From positions 96,001 through 160,000 of IMG/VR virus record IMGVR_UViG_3300033485_000001: a stretch of DNA of 64,000 bases; one strand, given 5' to 3'. Each line of letters opens with the position of its first letter. Within the stretch, counting starts at the first letter, position 1. Positions 53,488-62,042 of the stretch are shown one piece after another. Both the position numbers and the translations under genes were made by a program. Under the pieces are notes generated by a model that had not been told where the DNA came from, ran no database searches, and worked only from the letters and a program-made list of their open reading frames with translations. The stretch is from a virus.

Positions 53488-55626
53488 ATGTCTCACACAT
53501 TCGACAGCATGCTCAAGGAAGCCACCGCGCTGCCCTGGACGATGGGCGCGCGTCTCATGGTCGAGCTCCGCAGCACGGTGAGGGTTCCCGAGCAGCCGGT
53601 GATGACCAAGGAGGCTGCCCTCGGTCTCGTGAAGATCGCCAGGATCGTCAAGCAGGCCAAGGACCCGGACAAGGCGCAGCTGGCCCTCCAGCAGGCGGCC
53701 ATGACCGACCCGAGCATCGTGCAGGCCATGGACTACCAGCAGGCCGAGAACGAGCGGCAGATGCTGATGGCGAAGGTCCAGGAGCTCCAGATGGTCGCCG
53801 AGACCGCCCAGGCGCAAGCTGCACAAGCGGATCAGCAGGCCCAAGCTGCGATGCAGCAGCAGGAGCAGCTGACGGCGGCGGCGCAGCAGGCCAAGCAGGA
53901 GCAGGTCAACGCCGTCATGGAGTCGATGCAGGCGAAGGACCAGACCCTCCAGACCCAGGTCTCGGCCCAGCAGCATCGGCAGCAGATTGCCGGGTACGCC
54001 CAGCAGATGGCGGACCAGCTGAAGCAGATCGCTTCCACCAGTCCCGAGGAGCAGCAGATGCAGCAGGAGCAGGCTGCCGCCGAGCAGCAGGCTCAGCAGC
54101 AGGCTGCGATGCAGCAGCAAGGCGCGGATCAGCAGGCCCAGGGTCAGCCTGCGCAGCAGGGTCAGCCTCCGGCGAAGTCGAAGACCAAGAAGGAGACCGA
54201 CGAGGCGCAGAAGGCGCAGCAGAAGGCGCAGGAGCAGACTGCACAGGCGCAGCAGGCGCAGCAGGAGGAGGCGCAGCAGCCGCAGCCGCCCCAGGCAGCG
54301 ATGCCCCCGAAGATGGGATCGGCCAAGCTCCAGAAGGTGGCCAACGCCTTCTACCAGGCTCGCCTCCAGAAGCAGGCCGCCATCGGTGTCGGAAAAGCCT
54401 ACAAGCTGGGCAAGGCCGTTCGCGAGATGGGCAAGGCCAAGCGGATTCGCTACATGGGCGAGTCGACTCCTGCGAAGGAGTTCGTCGGCGACATCAACGA
54501 GGCGGTGAAGGAGGTCGCGTCCATCCCAGAGAGGATGGCGTACCACGTCGGCAAGCATCACGTCGCGTACAAGGGTGGTCTCATCGGTGGCGCGGTCGGT
54601 ACCGCAGCGATCCCGATCGCCAAGCGGCTCCGAGAGAAGAGGGAGAAGACCTCGCAGTTCTCCGGGTCCAACGAGGGCGCTGGCGAGAGCCAGGGTGGCA
54701 TCGGACAGCAGGGCGGCTTCGCGCAGTACGCCTCCATGGGCAAGACCGGCGCGTGCGGCGGCTGCGGCAAGATGTCCAAGATCTCCAACATGGGGAAGTG
54801 CGCGAAGTGCAGCGGCGGTCACTCCAAGCTCGCCGCCCTCATGCAGAAGCTCGGATCCGAACAAGAGGCCGCTCGCATCGGAGTGGACCTGGGCGTGAAG
54901 TGGGGCAGGGTCGACTTCACCCCCGCCGACCTGGCGAAGGGGATGGAGGTCGAGAAGGAACACCACCAGCCCGGCGTCGACGTCATGCCGGGTGAGGAAG
55001 CGCCCACGGTGACGGCCAAGATCGCGCTGGCTCACCTCAAGGAGAGGGGCGACTACTACGACCTGCTCGAGCCGAAGGTGGAGAAGGCACCCGGCGACAA
55101 GGTCTCCGAGGACAGGGAGAAGGTGGGCTTCTCGAAGGAGCAGGCGATGATGATCGCCCAACGGGTGCGGCTGATCAAGGAAGGTCAGCTAAAAAAAGCA
55201 TCCAGGGGCTCCGCTGACGTTGCGGAGTCCCGCCACATCACGAAGGAAGGTGGAGCTGAGGAAGCTGCGCGCGGTGGTCTCGGTCACACCCTCGGGTACG
55301 CCGCGCTCGGAGCGGCCATCGGCGGTGGCATCTCGAAGGCCAGGATGAAAGCGCACGAGCAGAAGTTCGGCCTCGATCAGCCAACCGGGAAGGAGCTGAA
55401 GCTCCACGGTGAGCTCGCGGCAGCCGAGGACATGGCGAAGAGGGATCCGTCCTACTCCAACAAGCTCCGGATCTCGAACCTCCAGTACAAGATCGACATG
55501 GAGAAGTTGGATAGGGAACATCCGAACCGTGCCAGCGTCCGGGGTGCCACGAGGGGTGCGCTGATCGGCGCAGTGGCTGGGCCGCTCGCCCATCGTCTCC
55601 TCGGCAAGGTTCTCAGGAAGGGGTAA
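53488..55626 (+). CDS. Modular Gln/Ala-rich protein with DUF5661-like domain and many K-x-A sites
   Basis: Q/A coiled coil; GMEVEKEH...AKIALAHLKERGDYYDLL; glycine-zipper segments. Confidence 0.7.
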   Translation: MSHTFDSMLKEATALPWTMGARLMVELRSTVRVPEQPVMTKEAALGLVKIARIVKQAKDPDKAQLALQQAAMTDPSIVQAMDYQQAENERQMLMAKVQELQMVAETAQAQAAQADQQAQAAMQQQEQLTAAAQQAKQEQVNAVMESMQAKDQTLQTQVSAQQHRQQIAGYAQQMADQLKQIASTSPEEQQMQQEQAAAEQQAQQQAAMQQQGADQQAQGQPAQQGQPPAKSKTKKETDEAQKAQQKAQEQTAQAQQAQQEEAQQPQPPQAAMPPKMGSAKLQKVANAFYQARLQKQAAIGVGKAYKLGKAVREMGKAKRIRYMGESTPAKEFVGDINEAVKEVASIPERMAYHVGKHHVAYKGGLIGGAVGTAAIPIAKRLREKREKTSQFSGSNEGAGESQGGIGQQGGFAQYASMGKTGACGGCGKMSKISNMGKCAKCSGGHSKLAALMQKLGSEQEAARIGVDLGVKWGRVDFTPADLAKGMEVEKEHHQPGVDVMPGEEAPTVTAKIALAHLKERGDYYDLLEPKVEKAPGDKVSEDREKVGFSKEQAMMIAQRVRLIKEGQLKKASRGSADVAESRHITKEGGAEEAARGGLGHTLGYAALGAAIGGGISKARMKAHEQKFGLDQPTGKELKLHGELAAAEDMAKRDPSYSNKLRISNLQYKIDMEKLDREHPNRASVRGATRGALIGAVAGPLAHRLLGKVLRKG

Positions 55627-55634
55627 AGGACACC

Positions 55635-56174
55635 ATGCTGAACACCATGTTGGAGAAGCAGGCTTCTCAGATCAAGACAGCAGCGGATCAGTTCCGCATG
55701 CTTTCACGTGAGCTGGACAAGCTGGCGTTCACCCCAGACCCCACCCGCAAGGTGGAGGGGATGGACGCGCTCCTGGCCGTGAGAGACTACAACTCGCCGG
55801 TCTACAAGCGCCACCGCGACAAGCCCGGTGCCGTGGACGAGCTCCTCGGAGAGGACGCGCTGCACACCGTTGCGAGGGTGGCCAACCTCCCGAGCGAGGT
55901 GCAGGAGCCCCCGATGGCTGCGGAGCACGGGGACGACAGCCGCAAGTCGGCGGTCGAGAACAAGGCCCTCGGCACCGTCGGCATGACGTGGGATCCGAAG
56001 GCGCCCGTCAAGACCGTGCCGAGGCTCGTCGCCGATGCGCTCCCAGGAACAGGAGGGGCGGCGAAGCCGCAGCCCAACATCCCCAAGTCGGCCAGCAGGA
56101 GGACTTCGATTCAGCAGGCCATCGCCAAGTTGGCAGCGCAGGGGAGGATCAGAACCCTGGAGAACTGGCGGTAG
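55635..56174 (+). CDS. Hypothetical K-x-A-rich protein
   Basis: EKQAS, IKTAA, DKLAF, PKSAS, AKLAA. Confidence 0.7.
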   Translation: MLNTMLEKQASQIKTAADQFRMLSRELDKLAFTPDPTRKVEGMDALLAVRDYNSPVYKRHRDKPGAVDELLGEDALHTVARVANLPSEVQEPPMAAEHGDDSRKSAVENKALGTVGMTWDPKAPVKTVPRLVADALPGTGGAAKPQPNIPKSASRRTSIQQAIAKLAAQGRIRTLENWR

Positions 56175-56178
56175 CGCG

Positions 56179-57063
56179 GTGCTGAAGGTCACCAAACTCC
56201 AGGTGAAGTCCCTCGAGCTTGATCACCTCGACGTGTACTGGGAGATCGAGGACTCGTCCGAGGATGCGTGGGACTACACCTTCACGATCGAGCGCAGCGA
56301 GTCCCCGATGGGACCGTTCGATCAAGTGAGCGAGCCGTTCTCGGACAAGTACAACTTCCGAGACTCGATCGTGAACCTCTACAGCCGGTGGAGGCAGCTC
56401 TGGTACCGGATCAAGGTCACGAAGAAGTCGGACGGGGTGTACGACTACACCGAGGCCGTGACCCAAGAGGCCAGGCCGCCGTTGGACGCCCTCGAGGTCC
56501 GCAGGCTCGAGCTGATCGCGTTCCGAGAGCACATCGGTCGGCTCGTGTGGATCTTCCCAGTGCGTACCTTCGGCCAGCGGTGCCCGGACTGCTACGACAA
56601 GAGGAGCGGCAACCGTCGCAGATCGAACTGCCCCACCTGCTTCTGCACAACCTACGTGCGTGGCTACCTGGACCCCATCGCCACGTACATCCAGATCGAC
56701 CCGAGCCCCAAGCACGCGGAACCTCTCCAGCTCGGGAAGACGGAGCAGTCGAACACGTCGGCCAGGACCCCCTACTTCCCGCCCCTCAAGCCGAAAGATA
56801 TAATCGTAGAAGCTGAGAACAGGCGATGGAGGATCGAAAGGGTAAGTACAACGCAGCGGCTCCGAGCGGTGTTGCACCATGAAATCGTGATGCACGAGAT
56901 CCCGAAGGCGGACATCGAGTACACGATCCCGATCAACATCGATGACCTCATGGCACACGAGCCGAGTCCGCAGCGTGAGTTTACGAACCCCCACAACCTC
57001 GAGAGCTTGGACGGGGCCGAGTTCATCAACAACCTCCTCATGGGGTATGGGTACAGGCCGTGA
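56179..57063 (+). CDS. Putative neck/head-closure protein with Fn3-like N-terminus and Zn site
   Basis: GTG 56179; CPDCY...CPTCF; position between head and tail genes. Confidence 0.55.
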   Translation: MLKVTKLQVKSLELDHLDVYWEIEDSSEDAWDYTFTIERSESPMGPFDQVSEPFSDKYNFRDSIVNLYSRWRQLWYRIKVTKKSDGVYDYTEAVTQEARPPLDALEVRRLELIAFREHIGRLVWIFPVRTFGQRCPDCYDKRSGNRRRSNCPTCFCTTYVRGYLDPIATYIQIDPSPKHAEPLQLGKTEQSNTSARTPYFPPLKPKDIIVEAENRRWRIERVSTTQRLRAVLHHEIVMHEIPKADIEYTIPINIDDLMAHEPSPQREFTNPHNLESLDGAEFINNLLMGYGYRP

Positions 57064-57257
57064 TCGACTTCCGGGCATTCAGTGATGAGCTGGTGAAGAT
57101 CGCCGGGGGTCTCATACTGCCGAGGCCGGCTCAGGTCTCAGAGGGAGTCTCGAACCTGAAGAGGATGCAGCGGTTCTCGAGCGTGATAGGTAGGCCCGAC
57201 GTCAAAGCTGGGAAGAACATCCTTGGTGGGAACCTCGTCGGATCCGGAGTTCGGTGA
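57060..57257 (+). CDS. Tagged 65-aa protein (AFSDELVKIAG)
   Basis: GTGA-coupled; tag at N-terminus. Confidence 0.65.
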   Translation: MIDFRAFSDELVKIAGGLILPRPAQVSEGVSNLKRMQRFSSVIGRPDVKAGKNILGGNLVGSGVR

Positions 57258-57526
57258 TGTACGACCTGATCACAATGGCCGCGTTCAGTGACGAGCTACA
57301 GAAGATCGCTGGCGGGGAAGCCCTGCTGAGGACCGCAGAGCCTGCTGCGCTGGGGTTGTTCGGCAAGGGGAGGCTCGCAGAGCCCCTCATGCAGTATGTC
57401 GGACGCAGCGGGGAGTTTCTGAGCAGCAAGGCGGTCCCGGCGAGTCGGAAGGGCAGCATCCGGCGCCTGGCGAAGGGGTTCTACGAGAAGCACAAGCGGA
57501 GCGCGCCACAGGGCATGTTCCCGTGA
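57254..57526 (+). CDS. Tagged 90-aa protein (AFSDELQKIAG)
   Basis: GTGA-coupled; tag at N-terminus. Confidence 0.65.
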   Translation: MMYDLITMAAFSDELQKIAGGEALLRTAEPAALGLFGKGRLAEPLMQYVGRSGEFLSSKAVPASRKGSIRRLAKGFYEKHKRSAPQGMFP

Positions 57527-57530
57527 GGAC

Positions 57531-57938
57531 GTGATGTACGACTTGATCTCCATGGCCGCGTTCCGGGACGAGATGACGAAGCTGGCGCAGTACTCTGCGC
57601 AGCGCGTCGACCCGCAGGCCATCGAGCTACAGCAGGCGCTCGACCAGGACCAGAGCCGCAAGGACCTGAACCGTCAGGCTCTCGGACAGTTCTTGAAGGA
57701 CACGGCCATCGTTGCAGGAGGCGTGGGTGCCGGCTACGGTCTGGGTCGCCTGACCGTGGATGCGCTCAAGAAGTTCCGTGGACCGTCTTCCTCTCCGTGG
57801 AGGACTGCCATCGCTGCGACGCTCCCAGTGGTCGGTGGTGGAGCAGCACTCGTCCTGCGCGGGAAGATGCGTGAGGAGCAGGATCGCAGGCTTCAGGAAG
57901 CGTACCAGCGCGGCCTGCAAGCACGGGGTATGCAGTGA
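57531..57938 (+). CDS. Tagged 135-aa protein with two Gly-rich TM-like segments (AFRDEMTKLAQ)
   Basis: Leader nearly identical in DNA to that of 57254. Confidence 0.7.
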   Translation: MMYDLISMAAFRDEMTKLAQYSAQRVDPQAIELQQALDQDQSRKDLNRQALGQFLKDTAIVAGGVGAGYGLGRLTVDALKKFRGPSSSPWRTAIAATLPVVGGGAALVLRGKMREEQDRRLQEAYQRGLQARGMQ

Positions 57939-58780
57939 GCGTGTCGGTCCCCACCGTCGCCCCCGCTCCGAGGGGTAGCAGCTGGGCGGAGAACCCGCTC
58001 GAGCACCTGGTACGTCTGTGCCTGATCTTCCTCCAGGAGCTGTGGAAGGAGGCGCCGCCAGGGAACTTCAAGTGGGACCCCGACGAGACCATGACGGAGC
58101 TGCTCATCACGGACGACGCGCCGATCGAGCCCGAGGTCATCGAGAAGCGACCGGCCATCGTGTCCGTCCTCTCGCAGTGCGGGTGGGCCGGCATCGGCTT
58201 GGACCAGCTCCAGAGCTTGAGCATCAGGACTGGAGAGCGCGTCCACACGGACATGATCTCCGGGAACATCACGATGAACTGTCTCTCCAGGGTGAAGACC
58301 GAGGCGCAGCTCATCGCTTGGGTGACGGCGAACCACTTCTGGGTCTTGAAGTACATCCTCATGAAGCTCGGCTTCCACAAGATCGGTGAGCAGACCCAGA
58401 TCCTGGCTGCGTCTCCACCGGGCGCTCTCATCTCCGGTGACACCGAAGCTGAGATCGTCAACGTGGCGGTTGTGATCCCCTACCACTTCCAGCACTCCGT
58501 GACGGTGAGTGAGGAAGGGCTGCGGGTTCTGAATAGGATCGAGCAGACGATCACTGTGATGATGGCGAATCCGTCGAAGCCGACCAACCAACTCGCGGAA
58601 GGCGGCTGGGGAACCGGGCTCTACCAGTCAGATGGGAAGAGGGCCGAGTTCCAGAACATGAAGGGCAGAAACATCCGGCCACCGACGTTCAGGGGCCGGC
58701 CGTTGGCGCCGAGAAACTACATCGGTGGTGGGAAGGCGGATCCGCCTCTCCAAGTAACGGTTGAGATCAACGAGGAGTAG
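57935..58780 (+). CDS. Putative tail terminator/completion protein
   Basis: Directly upstream of sheath; RPAIVS...G motif. Confidence 0.55.
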   Translation: MSVSVPTVAPAPRGSSWAENPLEHLVRLCLIFLQELWKEAPPGNFKWDPDETMTELLITDDAPIEPEVIEKRPAIVSVLSQCGWAGIGLDQLQSLSIRTGERVHTDMISGNITMNCLSRVKTEAQLIAWVTANHFWVLKYILMKLGFHKIGEQTQILAASPPGALISGDTEAEIVNVAVVIPYHFQHSVTVSEEGLRVLNRIEQTITVMMANPSKPTNQLAEGGWGTGLYQSDGKRAEFQNMKGRNIRPPTFRGRPLAPRNYIGGGKADPPLQVTVEINEE

Positions 58781-58785
58781 AGAAC

Positions 58786-61700
58786 ATGGCAGCTGCAATC
58801 CCCGAACTTCCGCAGCCTGGTGTACAGGTCGTCCAGGAGTACACGGATCAGACCCCTGTCATCGTGATCCCGACGCTGGTTCCGTGCGTGGTCGGGGTTG
58901 CGAAGGAGATCCGTGAGCTCTACGACGCGGACGGCACGCTCAACTCGGACATCATCGTGGATGGCCCGGCCATCGCGGTGGCGCCCAACGATCAGACGAG
59001 CTACACGGCGATGGACGCGCTCACGCTCCAGGTCCGTGTCAACGGCGGGGTCCTCCAGACCTTCACGATGCCCACCGGGGCGTCTCCGCCCACGACCATG
59101 ACGGCGCAGGAGGTGGCCATCGCCATCAACAGCGCCGCGCCTCCGCCCGTCAACTTCGCGGCCTACGTGCTGCCGGAGGACTCGGACGGCGATGGCGTGG
59201 ACGACAAGTGGTACCTCGAGCTGCGCTCGACGGCCACGGGTGAGGACACCTCCATCCAGGTCGTCGGCGGCACGCTGCTCACGGGCGGCGGCGGCAACAA
59301 GTTCGGGTGGGGCGTCGGGCAGACCTTCTACGGTCTGGGCGCCTACATCCAGGACGCGGTCTACCTGAAGCAGTCCAGCTTCCCGGATCCGCGTGGCAAC
59401 CTGGACGAGCTCGACATCGACGAGGACTCGATCAGGGTCTTCGTGGACCTGGGCACGGCGCCAAGGGAGTTCCTGCGGGACGAGTCGTTCCTGCGCCGGG
59501 GCTCCTACTACAACGCCGTCGGCCCGGTCTACGGCGTGACCCCGGTGGACGATGGCGACGGCGACACCATGTCGCCCTACGTCGACTTCAAGGACCTCCT
59601 GGCCGTGGTCCCCAACTTCCTGGCCCTGGCCGGCGCCGCGTCGCTGACCGGCATCGTGGACCTCTCCACCTTCCAGCCGCTCCACGGCAAGGAGCTGATC
59701 CTCCAGGTCGATGGTGGCGGGAAGCAGACGATCAAGTTCTACGGCCAGCCCATCATCTCGACCGACTCGGCAGGTGGCGGTGGGTGGGCCTTCGGCGGCT
59801 TCGGCGGGACCACGCTCAAGCTGCTCGTGAACGGCGTGGCGCTGGACGTGCTGTTCCCGGTGGTGGCGAACATCACTCAGGTAATCGCTGCCATCAACGC
59901 CGCGTCGGTGGCGGCCTTCGGTGTCAACGTCGCCTACGAATGCGACTCCGTCGGAGTGGCTGGGGCGGGCGGCTACATCGGATTCTTCTACGGGGCGCAG
60001 CCGGCAACGAACATCGTCTCCAACACCGAGGTTCAGGTGGTGGCGTGGGCTGGCCCGTCGGCATCCCAGAGCGCCATCATGGGTGACCTCCTCGCCCACT
60101 ACCAGCTCCTCGGCAAGAACGCCGGCGCGGAGCCCGTGAACGACGTGGTGGAGCAGATCAACGCCGTCTACCCGTCGGGCATCGCCTCGTGGGTGGGCGG
60201 CACGCTGAAGCTCCTGAGCACGACCTCGGGGTACGAGTCGAAGATCGAGATCGACGTGAACAGCACGGCGTGTGGCACCCCACCCCCACCCATCACTGAT
60301 CTCCTGGGTCTCGACGTGTGGACCAACGGCTACGTCTACTACGGCACCCCGTTCCCGGTGCGGATCGGCGACGCCGTGTACGGCGACGGGACCTTCCTCG
60401 GCAACGTGAGCGAGATCCACCCCATGGCGACCCAGGGGCGAATCAAGCTGGATCGGGAGGTTTCGCTGACCGGCCGGTGGCAGTACTGGTACTTCCTGGC
60501 GAAGAACCTGGACACGGTCCTCAGCAGCCAGTGGGGCGTCACGGTCCCGACCCCGGACCTGTACCTGGACACCCAGGGCAACGTCCACCTCAAGCAGGAC
60601 TTCCTGCGGGACATCTACGGCATCCCGGTGTCGACGGCGAGGGTCTCCCTCTACGTGGCCTACACCGCCGTGCGTCTGGACGTCACGTCCGAGGCGGATC
60701 AGCCTGCGCTCCTGACCTTCAACAACGTGACCGAGCTCGAGGCAGCACTGAGCCCGGTCACCCCGGAGAACCCGCTGGCCTACGGCGTGTTCTGCGCGCT
60801 GGGCAACTCGAACGGCGTGGCCGTCTCCTGCATCGGCGTCTCCGAGACGACGGCGGACAAGCCCTACGGCACGCTGGCGGGCTTCATGAAGGCGTTCGAC
60901 TTCCTCGAGGCGTGCGAGGTCTACGGTGTCGGCGTCCTCACGCAGGACCTCGACGTCGCCCTGGCCGCACAGCAGCACGTCGACGCGATGAGCGAGCCCG
61001 AGATGAAGGGCGAGCGGATCGCCTGCATCTACCTCGGCAGGCCGACGCGGAAGGTGGACACCATCATCTGCTCCGGGAACGACGGCGACACCGTCACGGG
61101 CACGCCGACCTACCTGGACACGGCGATCCCGAACCTCTCCCAGCTGCTCCTGGACGCCGGCCTCAACCCGGCCTCCTTCACCATCGCGGACGGGGTCTTC
61201 ATCGACCTGTCGGCGGACGGCTACAACTGGAACGTGATCGGTCCGGTGGTGGGCGGCACCCAGCTGCGGGTCAACACGACCTTCGCCCCCGGCCAGAACG
61301 ACGACGGCTTCTACCACGACGTCATCGGGGACTTCCCGACCATCATCAGCGGGGCCTTCTCGGTGAAGATCCGTGGGGCGGCCATCACGGACAAGGACGA
61401 GGAGGTCGAGACCGTCTACTACCGTGGCCAGGGCTTCTCGGACCGGCGCGTGTGGATGGTGCAGCTCGACCAGCTCAAGGCGACGGTCAGCGGCATCGAT
61501 CAGCTGGTGCCCGGCTTCTACATGACGGCCGCCAAGGTCGGCCAGATCGGCGGGCTCAACCCGTCGCAGCCGCTCACCAACTTCCCGATCGCCGTCTTCA
61601 CGGGCGTCACCGGGACGACCGACAGGTACAACACCACCCAGCTCAACAAGATGGCGGCGGGTGGCGCGGACCTGATCATCCAGGAGAACGCCAACGTCCC

Positions 61701-62034
61701 GCTCACCTCGCGGATGCAGGTCACCACCAGGATGACCAGCATCGAGGAGCGCGAGCAGTCGATCGTGAAGGCGGTCGACTACTGCGCGAAGTTCTACCGC
61801 ATGAGCCTGAAGGTCTACATCGGGCGGTACAACATCACGCAGGCGTTCCTCGACACGCTCTCGACCGTGGCCCAGGGCCTCGGCCGCTGGCTGGAGGAAG
61901 AGGGCAAGGTCGTCGCGGGCGCGGAGCTGAACAACCTGATCCAGGACGAGGACAACCCGGACACGGTCCTCGTCAACGTGACCATCGATCCGCTGTACCC
62001 GTGCAACTACATCGTCATCACGCTCGTCGTATGA
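58786..62034 (+). CDS. Contractile tail sheath protein with large insertion domains
   Basis: PQPGVQVVQEY N-terminus; C-terminal sheath motifs (EQSIVKAVDY, IQDEDNPDTVLVNVTIDPLYPCNYIVITL). Confidence 0.88.
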   Translation: MAAAIPELPQPGVQVVQEYTDQTPVIVIPTLVPCVVGVAKEIRELYDADGTLNSDIIVDGPAIAVAPNDQTSYTAMDALTLQVRVNGGVLQTFTMPTGASPPTTMTAQEVAIAINSAAPPPVNFAAYVLPEDSDGDGVDDKWYLELRSTATGEDTSIQVVGGTLLTGGGGNKFGWGVGQTFYGLGAYIQDAVYLKQSSFPDPRGNLDELDIDEDSIRVFVDLGTAPREFLRDESFLRRGSYYNAVGPVYGVTPVDDGDGDTMSPYVDFKDLLAVVPNFLALAGAASLTGIVDLSTFQPLHGKELILQVDGGGKQTIKFYGQPIISTDSAGGGGWAFGGFGGTTLKLLVNGVALDVLFPVVANITQVIAAINAASVAAFGVNVAYECDSVGVAGAGGYIGFFYGAQPATNIVSNTEVQVVAWAGPSASQSAIMGDLLAHYQLLGKNAGAEPVNDVVEQINAVYPSGIASWVGGTLKLLSTTSGYESKIEIDVNSTACGTPPPPITDLLGLDVWTNGYVYYGTPFPVRIGDAVYGDGTFLGNVSEIHPMATQGRIKLDREVSLTGRWQYWYFLAKNLDTVLSSQWGVTVPTPDLYLDTQGNVHLKQDFLRDIYGIPVSTARVSLYVAYTAVRLDVTSEADQPALLTFNNVTELEAALSPVTPENPLAYGVFCALGNSNGVAVSCIGVSETTADKPYGTLAGFMKAFDFLEACEVYGVGVLTQDLDVALAAQQHVDAMSEPEMKGERIACIYLGRPTRKVDTIICSGNDGDTVTGTPTYLDTAIPNLSQLLLDAGLNPASFTIADGVFIDLSADGYNWNVIGPVVGGTQLRVNTTFAPGQNDDGFYHDVIGDFPTIISGAFSVKIRGAAITDKDEEVETVYYRGQGFSDRRVWMVQLDQLKATVSGIDQLVPGFYMTAAKVGQIGGLNPSQPLTNFPIAVFTGVTGTTDRYNTTQLNKMAAGGADLIIQENANVPLTSRMQVTTRMTSIEEREQSIVKAVDYCAKFYRMSLKVYIGRYNITQAFLDTLSTVAQGLGRWLEEEGKVVAGAELNNLIQDEDNPDTVLVNVTIDPLYPCNYIVITLVV

Positions 62035-62042
62035 GGTAGCCG

